DNA of 64,000 nucleotides from a virus. The DNA lies in the IMG/VR virus record IMGVR_UViG_3300033149_002604, positions 32,914 to 96,913 of that record. One strand, written 5' to 3'. Position 1 is the stretch's first letter. Each line of letters begins with the position of its first letter. The position numbers and the translations under genes were made by a program. Of the stretch, positions 28,423 through 36,699 are shown piece after piece. Below the pieces are notes generated by a model that saw only the letters and a program-made list of their open reading frames with translations, searched no databases and was not told the DNA's origin.

Positions 28423-29339
28423 TAATCGCCTCGCATTATGGTTGTTATTATCTTTTCCGTAACATCCTTCCAAGTATGCAACTTTCTAACCTTTTCTAGT
28501 CCTTCCCTTGCAATTGCTTCCCTTTCATCGTCATGTTTCAGGTAATATTCTACCAGTTCCATGAATTCACTTTCATTCTTGAACCAAACCAAATTCTTCT
28601 TATTGTCAAAGAACAAACTTAAATCATCACAGAATTCTGAAAGTAAAAATCCACCACAACCTAATGTAGTTACCACACGATCGCTGAATATGTTGGAATG
28701 AACTAGATTTAGAACTATTTTATACTTGTTGATAGTCTTTCTTAAGTCAGCTAACACTATTGGTGGATTAGGTGAAATTTCTTCAGGCCAACCTTGACCG
28801 TAAACGTCTATCAGGTCTAAGTGTTTAGAAACAAAATTCAATCTTTTAGCTGTAGCACTTCCAAAGAACAGAATTTTATCAATCTTGTTGGTATTATCTT
28901 CTGGATAGAATATATCTGGATCATAGCCTTCTATAATTAGGTAGGACTTCCCAGTATATTTATGTCTATCAAAGAATTCAACTACTTCACTTGAAGTTGC
29001 GCTTGCAAAATTTACCCTAGTCACGTATTGTTCTGCCCGAATAGCTTCAGCAACCCTAATATTGTCCATGAACCAGTACCAAGTTGTACATTGTTCAGTC
29101 ACTTTTTGAACAATTGCTGGGTTGACGCCATTTATTTTGCTGAATAATACCAATTCAGGTTTGTATCTGTTGACGGCCCACAATAGATAATCATAGAATA
29201 CTTCTTTTCCTTCCTTGGAAATGATTGTTCTGTAATTTATAGGAATTACACCCCAACCATTCTGCTTAAAACCTTTTGCCATCCAGACATTGGTGCTTTC
29301 TGGTTTGTCTAGTACACCAACGATCATTACTTTTGGCAT
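28422..29339 (-). CDS. Glycosyltransferase (CgeB/Glyco_trans_1_2-like)
   Basis: GYDPDIFYP, DVYGQGW, YKIVLN, SDRVVTTLGCGGFLLSE, YYLKHDDEREAIAREG. Confidence 0.85.
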   Translation of the reverse strand: MPKVMIVGVLDKPESTNVWMAKGFKQNGWGVIPINYRTIISKEGKEVFYDYLLWAVNRYKPELVLFSKINGVNPAIVQKVTEQCTTWYWFMDNIRVAEAIRAEQYVTRVNFASATSSEVVEFFDRHKYTGKSYLIIEGYDPDIFYPEDNTNKIDKILFFGSATAKRLNFVSKHLDLIDVYGQGWPEEISPNPPIVLADLRKTINKYKIVLNLVHSNIFSDRVVTTLGCGGFLLSEFCDDLSLFFDNKKNLVWFKNESEFMELVEYYLKHDDEREAIAREGLEKVRKLHTWKDVTEKIITTIMRGD

Positions 29340-30340
29340 GGGACTTCTCCAATTATTTGGTTTAGGTTTTCCGTATGCTTATTGACTACATCTTCATATT
29401 GCTGCCTTTTCAAATTTTCTACTTCATTCAGTCTATCAAGCATTGTCGCTATGTCAGATAGGATGGTTTCAGCATCAATAGCCCGATAATCTGAAACATA
29501 TCTAAAACTTACTGGTACATCAAACCTGTTTTCCAACACAGCATGTCTATGTTTTTCATGTCCAATAATATAGCTGGGACAACAGCTTTGTAAACTTACA
29601 TGTGTAAGACCAGATTGACTACTAACTGAACATACTGCTGAATTTAGATAGGTTACAATTTGATCCATTTTATCTTCACCATCGTAATCAATCAGGTTGA
29701 TTACATTGTCTGCCTTGTACCCTGATAGGAATGAACCAGATGGTGTACCACAAAGTACCACAATGAAGTATTTTCTTAACCCTTCTACAACTTCAGCCCA
29801 TACAAATTCGGGTACATTTCTAAAAGCAGCTCTACTCCTCCCTCGCGGCATTACACAAATAATATCCCGTTCTAGTTTAACTTTAGGTCTTACAAGTTTC
29901 CTGAAAATCTGTGGTGCATAATTTATAAAAGCATTACATCCACGTGGGGGAAATATTTCTATAGTCTTTGTCCAGTCATAAAAGGTTCTGCAATATTCTA
30001 TGATTTTAGAATATACATGTGGGGGTGTTAGGCTTCCTGGTGGTGATCCAAGTAGTGGTGCTTCATAACAATCCCGTTCCAATTCCATACCATAAAACCA
30101 GTCGGGAAGTTCTATCGTATAGTCTACGAAGTCTTCTACGAATATGTGGTAATCCAATTCTGTGAACAGTATGAATTTTCTGTCCTTATATTCATTGTGC
30201 TTAAGAAACCTCAGATGTGCTTGAAAGCGGCTTAAAAACCACCCCAATTCACCATAAAAGAAAGATGCAACACAAGGTTCATTTATGTACAAATCCTTAT
30301 TTATTATCTGGCTGTGCTGGATTGTCTGTGTTCCTTCCAA
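29327..30340 (-). CDS. GT-B glycosyltransferase, GT9-like
   Basis: GELGW N-terminus; INLIDY...VSSQSGLTHVS resembles the GT9 DSG.MH motif. Confidence 0.6.
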   Translation of the reverse strand: MEGTQTIQHSQIINKDLYINEPCVASFFYGELGWFLSRFQAHLRFLKHNEYKDRKFILFTELDYHIFVEDFVDYTIELPDWFYGMELERDCYEAPLLGSPPGSLTPPHVYSKIIEYCRTFYDWTKTIEIFPPRGCNAFINYAPQIFRKLVRPKVKLERDIICVMPRGRSRAAFRNVPEFVWAEVVEGLRKYFIVVLCGTPSGSFLSGYKADNVINLIDYDGEDKMDQIVTYLNSAVCSVSSQSGLTHVSLQSCCPSYIIGHEKHRHAVLENRFDVPVSFRYVSDYRAIDAETILSDIATMLDRLNEVENLKRQQYEDVVNKHTENLNQIIGEVPCQK

Positions 30341-30701
30341 ACCGCAACTCCTTTAAAATATTCTTTATATCCCTTCGCATTTCGTACTGGTTGGCTTTAA
30401 GTTCCTTTATTGCTTCATACAGCAGGGTATAGCTAGATTCAAGTTTTGCTACACGTTCATTCTGTGCTGCTACTGCCTGCTTGTCTGCAAATCGCATTAC
30501 TGCCGATTGATTGTCACTCCACAGCTTCACCCCAGTAGAAATGGCTGGAATAGCTATAGCACCAATGATAATATACAACCACTTTTTAGGTACTTTATTT
30601 GCTACACATCTTACCAACCCACCAGTACCATCCTTACCATACAATGCTTCTTCTATTTTACGTAATGTGGACTGGCATTCGGGATCTGGACAATTGGTCA
30701 C
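30297..30701 (-). CDS. Single-TM coiled-coil membrane protein
   Basis: LYGKDGTGGLV, TM helix, coiled coil. Confidence 0.6.
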   Translation of the reverse strand: MTNCPDPECQSTLRKIEEALYGKDGTGGLVRCVANKVPKKWLYIIIGAIAIPAISTGVKLWSDNQSAVMRFADKQAVAAQNERVAKLESSYTLLYEAIKELKANQYEMRRDIKNILKELRFGRNTDNPAQPDNK

Positions 30702-30706
30702 TTCTC

Positions 30707-31192
30707 CTAACTCCCCTTTCGTAGAGATCTTTTCCTAAGATGCCATGTCTTGGGATTGGAAGTGACTTTAGTGACATAATACCCACAAACTTTGTCTAAA
30801 GCTTCGGCTATATGAAGATCATTTGTAGTAAGTTCATCTGGGCCTGCCATCTTCATAGCCTGTTTTGTAGCTGAATCAGTAGTTGCCTTGATGTCTTCCA
30901 AAATCAATTCTGCTGCTGACTTTTCAGGTTCTTTTTCTTCTGAAAATTCCCTGTTTAGAATTTCCCTTAACTGTGCTAGGGTAATGTTGTATTCCTTTAG
31001 TAATTCAATAAGAGGATCGGTTTCCTGCTGAGAAACATCTTGTTGGATATCTTCTGTCGATTCAGCTTCTTCTATGCTTCCTTCAGACAAGTATTTGGCT
31101 TCATATTCTTCCCTAGTTAACCCATGTGATTTAACATGAAACCAGAATCCTTTGACCATTTCTTTACCACAAATTGCACATTTCATAAGCAA
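30707..31192 (-). CDS. C2H2-type zinc finger protein
   Basis: CAICG...HVKSHGLTREEY. Confidence 0.7.
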   Translation of the reverse strand: MLMKCAICGKEMVKGFWFHVKSHGLTREEYEAKYLSEGSIEEAESTEDIQQDVSQQETDPLIELLKEYNITLAQLREILNREFSEEKEPEKSAAELILEDIKATTDSATKQAMKMAGPDELTTNDLHIAEALDKVCGYYVTKVTSNPKTWHLRKRSLRKGS

Positions 31193-31200
31193 CTCCTATT

Positions 31201-31455
31201 CTAAATTCTTCTTTTCTTCAATTTCTTTAACTGTTTACTTACAGAATCAAACGTGTCTATGTATTTGTCCTTTTCATCAGAACTGATAGCCCTAGCAATA
31301 TCCCGTGTGTATTCCCTAGCATATACGGTTGATCTTGCTTGAGTTCCATATAGTTCATCACCATATTCCCATTTGAAAAGGTTGATGAAATCGTCTGAAG
31401 TTTTGGGAATATCATCTACATTAACAACCGTCTTTGTTCTAGTACTTAGTGCCAT
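31201..31455 (-). CDS. Hypothetical protein
   Basis: GGAAGTGA RBS, in operon. Confidence 0.6.
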   Translation of the reverse strand: MALSTRTKTVVNVDDIPKTSDDFINLFKWEYGDELYGTQARSTVYAREYTRDIARAISSDEKDKYIDTFDSVSKQLKKLKKRRI

Positions 31456-31544
31456 TAAAAGTCACTTCCTAGTTATTTGTGTGTTCCTTCATCAGCATTG
31501 ACAAAAGTTTCTTTTTTAACGTTGAGCCCATCCATTTCAAACTC

Positions 31545-33188
31545 CTACTGCGTTGATATGCCTCCTGAGATGGAGACGCCGTGGAAATTACCCCATCTAT
31601 ATTCGTAAGCACCGATGTCCCAGGCTGAGCCTTGAGGTCTAGAGATATTATCAAGATCATAATTGTAAGTAGTACCTAAATCTATCCCAGAATCTACACA
31701 ATCGGAACTGCTTCTTAAATAGTAATTGTTATTTGCTGGATCTATAAAACTGGCTTGTTTGTTATCTCCCGCAGAATCATGACTATTTACACCTTCATTC
31801 TGCTCAGCTATAAAATCGTCGAATAACTTCATTCCACCAGAATAATAATAATTTATATTGGTACAACCAATATCTGCTATGCACCATCTGACTACACGTT
31901 GGTCGCCATTCCCTTGGTCGAAAAGGTTGTAATCTCCTGTATAAATCAAATCAGAAGAATCATAAACACATAAATCGCCGTCGTTTGTGTCTCCATCAAT
32001 ATTATTCTGATAAAGGACGCAATTTTTCATTGTAACAAGAGTATCTCTATTGCTATATGAGGGTGCACTAAGATATACACCAAATGAGTTGTTAGCAAAT
32101 GTACAATTATATATATAGACTGTGGGGCCATTATATACATGGCACCCAATGTTATTCTCATAAGCCAAACAGGAAACAAAATAAAACCTTGAATTGCCAG
32201 TAGAATCCGCTGCATTAGCAGCAAAACCATCATCATTGTTATATGAGCGGCATCGTTTAAAAATGATGTTATCGTCTAATACACTATTCGACACAGTCCC
32301 ATTGTCAAAACCATCTCCTTCATTATCGTAAGCTAAACAATCGCTTATAGTAATATCATGAGAATCAGTTATCCAGAAGCCATGTTTTAGGTTCCCACCA
32401 CCGCCACCACCTCTTGGTGTATCTCCATTGTTATGTGAAATACAATTAGATATAATCCCATTACTACAACCATATGTAGAACCCCCAATGTAGAATCCAG
32501 TCGTCAAATCATTATCTCCACCATCGGCTTCACACCATTCAATTGTAAAACTGTCTTGTCGTTGTATAACATAGCTCTGTTTTCCGCTATTTATACACTT
32601 AACATGGCTCATCTCTAGACCACTACATTTTGAGGCTTCAGATGTTCCTAGTGCTCTTATTGAATAATAATCGGCTCCAGAAACAATAAAACCGTCGTAT
32701 GAACTACTTATACCGGCGATTCCACTTATTGTTAGATAAGGAATAGGTGTGATGGTTCCATCTGGTAAAATTCCAATATTTATTAACGCTTGGTATTCAT
32801 CAGAATATGATGCGTTACTATCTGTAAAAATTACAGATCCAGTTCCCCAATTTATGTCACGTTTTATGGAAATTCTGTTACTTGGTGTAGCAGAATTAGA
32901 ATAGTAATCTGTGTTTATATAAATAACACCAATATGTGTAGTGCCAGACTTTATAAAAATCAAATCTCCAGGTTGAATAGTAACTGAAGGGCAGTTGTAA
33001 CCGGTATTATCCAATTTTCGTGTGCCAGGAATATGTTGCCAAGGCGTAGAAGTTGACAATCCATCATTAGAGTCAGAACCACTACTAGGGTCAACATAGT
33101 ATGTACTGGCCCAAGAACAAAATAAGGAAACAAATAGAAAGATCAATAAAAATATACTAACAATAAAAATTCTTTTATTAATCAACAT
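31545..33188 (-). CDS. Signal-peptide-bearing right-handed beta-helix (pectin lyase-like) protein
   Basis: Hydrophobic N-terminus, YYVDPSSGSDSNDGLS..PW, repeated NC..Y.N rungs, C-terminal RPQGSAWDIGAYE. Confidence 0.85.
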   Translation of the reverse strand: MLINKRIFIVSIFLLIFLFVSLFCSWASTYYVDPSSGSDSNDGLSTSTPWQHIPGTRKLDNTGYNCPSVTIQPGDLIFIKSGTTHIGVIYINTDYYSNSATPSNRISIKRDINWGTGSVIFTDSNASYSDEYQALINIGILPDGTITPIPYLTISGIAGISSSYDGFIVSGADYYSIRALGTSEASKCSGLEMSHVKCINSGKQSYVIQRQDSFTIEWCEADGGDNDLTTGFYIGGSTYGCSNGIISNCISHNNGDTPRGGGGGGNLKHGFWITDSHDITISDCLAYDNEGDGFDNGTVSNSVLDDNIIFKRCRSYNNDDGFAANAADSTGNSRFYFVSCLAYENNIGCHVYNGPTVYIYNCTFANNSFGVYLSAPSYSNRDTLVTMKNCVLYQNNIDGDTNDGDLCVYDSSDLIYTGDYNLFDQGNGDQRVVRWCIADIGCTNINYYYSGGMKLFDDFIAEQNEGVNSHDSAGDNKQASFIDPANNNYYLRSSSDCVDSGIDLGTTYNYDLDNISRPQGSAWDIGAYEYRWGNFHGVSISGGISTQ

Positions 33189-33747
33189 ATACCCTCACTG
33201 CCAAACCTTCAGCATATGATGTCAATGACGAATCATCCTCACAGTTATCAGTAGCATAATCTATAACAGTTGAATAATAACCATTAACGTCTTCCGAATA
33301 ATATTTTACATTCCCAGAAGAGTCGTCTGATATAAGTATATATAAAGTTATTCCATTTGAAACAGAGATCCCAGGAGATACCGTTATATCTGATACCCAA
33401 CCACTTGCTGGTGCAGCTATACCACGTTGGTACCATAAACAATTCCCAGATGAGTCTAAAATCTCAATTTTAAGATTACGACCAGTTCCATATGAATTTA
33501 TCTTGCAAGAAACCTTCGTTACCGTTCCACCTTGGTCAAAAGTTATTTTATCTCCGCTGGCGGTAGCTGCACCACTTATATATAAATATCCAGCATAAGT
33601 AGGCTCTGTAGTTGCACCATCATTATAATAATACTGATCTGGTCCTCCACTACTAGACGAACTCCCACTAATAATCACCGTCCCCCACCCCCACACTAGG
33701 GCAGGGATGAGAAGCAAGACTAAAGCTAATGCAATCCACTTTTTCAT
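33178..33747 (-). CDS. Signal-peptide-bearing beta-rich protein
   Basis: MKKWIALALVLLLIPALVWG, then Ser/Gly linker. Confidence 0.75.
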   Translation of the reverse strand: MKKWIALALVLLLIPALVWGWGTVIISGSSSSSGGPDQYYYNDGATTEPTYAGYLYISGAATASGDKITFDQGGTVTKVSCKINSYGTGRNLKIEILDSSGNCLWYQRGIAAPASGWVSDITVSPGISVSNGITLYILISDDSSGNVKYYSEDVNGYYSTVIDYATDNCEDDSSLTSYAEGLAVRVYVD

Positions 33748-35372
33748 TAGTCAGCACCTCCATCAGACCAGGTTCCCGATCTCCCAAGCGTTATCCAAGT
33801 GCTGTCATCTATTGCTAGCAAGCTAATGAAATCCCCTGCATTGCCTTCGCTGTCAATAGCGTTGCCAGCAGTAAGGGATGTTCCATCTAAAATGATAGTG
33901 TCTGAATCATCATATGTATCTACCGTTACCGTAGCTGCATACTTGGAATAGAAAGTAATGCTCAAGCCAGCAGCCGCAGCAGGAAGGGTGTAATCAATAG
34001 CATCATTGTCATTGTTGATTCTCATACCACCCTTGCAGTCTGAAGCTGAAAGGGTCACTGAGGCATCTGTGTCTAGTATTACAGGAACATTTCCAGAGAG
34101 ATTACCTGTGAGAGCTAGGCTTGTACCTGTAGCTGCCCCTATGTTAGGTGTGGTTAATGTAGGACTGGTTGCTAAAACTACACTCCCACTTCCAGTGGTT
34201 CCGTTAGACAGGTCAGAGGCGGATATCTGAGAGCCGTTGATCTTATACTTTTTCCCAGAGGCTAAATTAAAATCACTAGCTGCCTCGATATTACCATCAG
34301 CATCAAGTTGCATGATCGTAGTAAGGGTTCCATTAACAAGAACCTGAAAGAACAAATCAACATCCTCAGTCCCATCTCCTGTGTCTGTAGCGTTCCCATA
34401 TATCTTCCAGTCAATACTTTCAGCACTTGTGTCTGAATCGTCTCCTGTGATGTCTGGTGTAGCTGAAGCCCCTGATTGGATACCCCCATCAGCATATAGG
34501 GTTCCATCAACTTCCAAAACTCCCTCTACTCCAAGTTGTGGAGAATGACCAAAATTGTAACTTCCATCACCAATATAAATGTTATGATTGTTACTATCTA
34601 GATTCCCACCTAGTTGAGGGGAGGTGTCTTCAACTACATTCTTCAATAATGAAGAACCATCTGAGAGGTTACTTGAGCTTATTTGACTTCCGTTTATCTG
34701 ATAAATAGCCCCACTTGGTAAATTCAGATTACCAGTGTCATCAATTGTGACGTTTGAGTTCTGGATCGTCTTCCCACCAGTTCCATCAAACCTTGCAATG
34801 GCGTTATCAGTTGAGGAAGCTGGCCCCGTTACATCACCGCTACCTGATGGTGTCGCCCAAGCACCGTCACCACGCAAAAACTCTGAAGTGGAACCACTAA
34901 GCTTAGGCAGGAGACCATGAGCCGAAGTGGATGCATTTGCTGTGGTGACATCAGAAAAGTTTAGTTCTCCTTCCTCAATGCTCGTACCAAGACTTACCGA
35001 AAGTGTAGTATCTGAAAACGAAAATCCTGTTCCAAAAGTGAGCCAAGTTATCGCTCCAGCCGAATCATCCCAGAACAATCCCCTATCTGCATTGGGATCG
35101 GATAATGATGCACCAGTCCCACCATCTGCAAGGGCCACGTCTGTTGATCCTGGGGCATAGTAGTCAGTACCTGCTGTAGCAGCACTAAAATCCCCAGCAC
35201 CGTCACATTTAACGATTCCACTGACTCCATCTAAGTCATCTATCTCTTGTAAGAAGGTATCAACCTGACTACCCGTGTAACCTGTAGTAGTATTATAGGC
35301 ATAAATAAACGATCCTACACAAATACAAAGCAAAGCTATGATAAGACCTATAATATATTTTTTTGTCTTCAT
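33747..35372 (-). CDS. Signal-peptide-bearing fibre-like structural protein
   Basis: MKTKKYIIGLIIALLCICVG; fibre motifs VALADGGTGAS, GDVTGPASSTDNAIARFDG, DTSPQLGGNLD, GSGSVVLATSPTLTTPNIGAATGTSL. Confidence 0.8.
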   Translation of the reverse strand: MKTKKYIIGLIIALLCICVGSFIYAYNTTTGYTGSQVDTFLQEIDDLDGVSGIVKCDGAGDFSAATAGTDYYAPGSTDVALADGGTGASLSDPNADRGLFWDDSAGAITWLTFGTGFSFSDTTLSVSLGTSIEEGELNFSDVTTANASTSAHGLLPKLSGSTSEFLRGDGAWATPSGSGDVTGPASSTDNAIARFDGTGGKTIQNSNVTIDDTGNLNLPSGAIYQINGSQISSSNLSDGSSLLKNVVEDTSPQLGGNLDSNNHNIYIGDGSYNFGHSPQLGVEGVLEVDGTLYADGGIQSGASATPDITGDDSDTSAESIDWKIYGNATDTGDGTEDVDLFFQVLVNGTLTTIMQLDADGNIEAASDFNLASGKKYKINGSQISASDLSNGTTGSGSVVLATSPTLTTPNIGAATGTSLALTGNLSGNVPVILDTDASVTLSASDCKGGMRINNDNDAIDYTLPAAAAGLSITFYSKYAATVTVDTYDDSDTIILDGTSLTAGNAIDSEGNAGDFISLLAIDDSTWITLGRSGTWSDGGAD

Positions 35373-35390
35373 TTTGTACCCCTCATTGTT

Positions 35391-35642
35391 TTATGACTTC
35401 ACATTAAAAACCTCAAAGCTTCCTTCCCCGTCTGAGACGTTGAATGGTTCAAACCCGCCACCACCATCAGAGACGTTAAATGCTTCAAAAGGGACCACAG
35501 CAGAACTCTGCCCCCATCTACCAACATTCCACTCTTGGTTTCCCCATCTATCACTATTCCATCTTGATCTATTCCAACCTGCATCTACAACAGAACATAT
35601 TAGAAGTATTCCACAAATCAATAAAAAGATATTTCTTACCAT
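35391..35642 (-). CDS. Small signal-peptide protein with W-rich and FNVSDG repeats
   Basis: Hydrophobic N-terminus ending VDA; RWN/RWG pentapeptides; three FExFNV units. Confidence 0.65.
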   Translation of the reverse strand: MVRNIFLLICGILLICSVVDAGWNRSRWNSDRWGNQEWNVGRWGQSSAVVPFEAFNVSDGGGGFEPFNVSDGEGSFEVFNVKS

Positions 35643-36115
35643 TATTGTCTCCCCAAATATCCAGTCAATGTTGCATCATCTGCTCCGCCTGTCTCGGTAG
35701 CCCTAATTTTAAAGTATTTTCCAAATATTCCGTTGAAATCAATCGAAAAGCAATCCTTGCCGTTGCTTCCATTTCCCGAAGTCTTGGTAAATCCAGTAGC
35801 TATGTCACTAACACCTGTAGGTTCAAGAAAACTAGAATCATCAGTATCAGTATACGAAATTAGCAATTCAAATTTTAAAGTCGGATTACCTGTAGCACTA
35901 ACTTCTGGACAAAACACAAAATATCCATCAGGACGTGTGCCGTCTAGTCTTATGATGGAAGAATCTACAGAATCACCAGCAGAAACGGTAACGTTATCAA
36001 ATATCTTAGTAAATTCAATGAATTGATCTGAAGAATATACGCTACCAGCAAGCAGAAACACAAACAACAGACACAAAGCAAGTATCTTAAGTGCTTTCAT
36101 TCCAAATACCCCCAA
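35642..36115 (-). CDS. Signal-peptide-bearing beta-sandwich protein
   Basis: MKALKILALCLLFVFLLAGSVYS; GKYFKIRATETG. Confidence 0.75.
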   Translation of the reverse strand: MGVFGMKALKILALCLLFVFLLAGSVYSSDQFIEFTKIFDNVTVSAGDSVDSSIIRLDGTRPDGYFVFCPEVSATGNPTLKFELLISYTDTDDSSFLEPTGVSDIATGFTKTSGNGSNGKDCFSIDFNGIFGKYFKIRATETGGADDATLTGYLGRQ

Positions 36116-36162
36116 AATTGGTTGTTAGATTGAGAGATAAGAATCCCCCAATCTATATATTT

Positions 36163-36525
36163 TTACTTAACCTTAGTAGCTGCATTATCAGCAGTAAATA
36201 GCCACATGCTACCAGCTGAAGAAAGGGTCATAGAACCTTTCACAGAAGCATCTACTGCGGTAGCTTCAGCAACTATGGTAGCAGCAGTATTAGCTGTGCT
36301 GATAAAAATATACTGATGGTCACCTATCTTAATTCTACCGCTAGAATGAAGTAGTGGGGCAGTTACTGAAGTGTTGCCAGTAAGTGTAGTAGCTGTTACA
36401 GCATTAGCTGTTATTGTTGGTGTGTGTAAGGAAGTATTACCAGTAAATGTAGTAGCTACAACCGTGTTTGCGGTTATTGTTTTCCCTTTTGCAATAATAT
36501 TACTTCTAAAATGTGTCGTTCCCAT
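36163..36525 (-). CDS. Hypothetical virion protein
   Basis: AAGGAGGTGA RBS; Thr-rich tandem repeat. Confidence 0.7.
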   Translation of the reverse strand: MGTTHFRSNIIAKGKTITANTVVATTFTGNTSLHTPTITANAVTATTLTGNTSVTAPLLHSSGRIKIGDHQYIFISTANTAATIVAEATAVDASVKGSMTLSSAGSMWLFTADNAATKVK

Positions 36526-36647
36526 AGTTTTACGTCACCTCCTTCATTACAAGTCTCCTACCCGAAAACTATGGAAAACAGGTAGAAGTTCTACACCGGA
36601 TGCCGTGTAGATCTTGTGTTCTATAGTTTTAGTTTAAATTAGGTTTA

Positions 36648-36680
36648 ACTAGATTGGGGAAAGATTACCCCAATCTAGTA
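36648..36680. terminator. Hairpin downstream of the major capsid gene
   Basis: ACTAGATTGGGG/CCCCAATCTAGT inverted repeat. Confidence 0.6.
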
Positions 36681-36699
36681 ATTTTTGCTAACATTTAGG

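Noticed and set aside
31469-31660. 63-aa ORF overlapping the beta-helix gene end
   Set aside because: Alternate-frame overlap; at most a 20-codon remnant (MDGLNVKKETFVNADEGTHK) lies here
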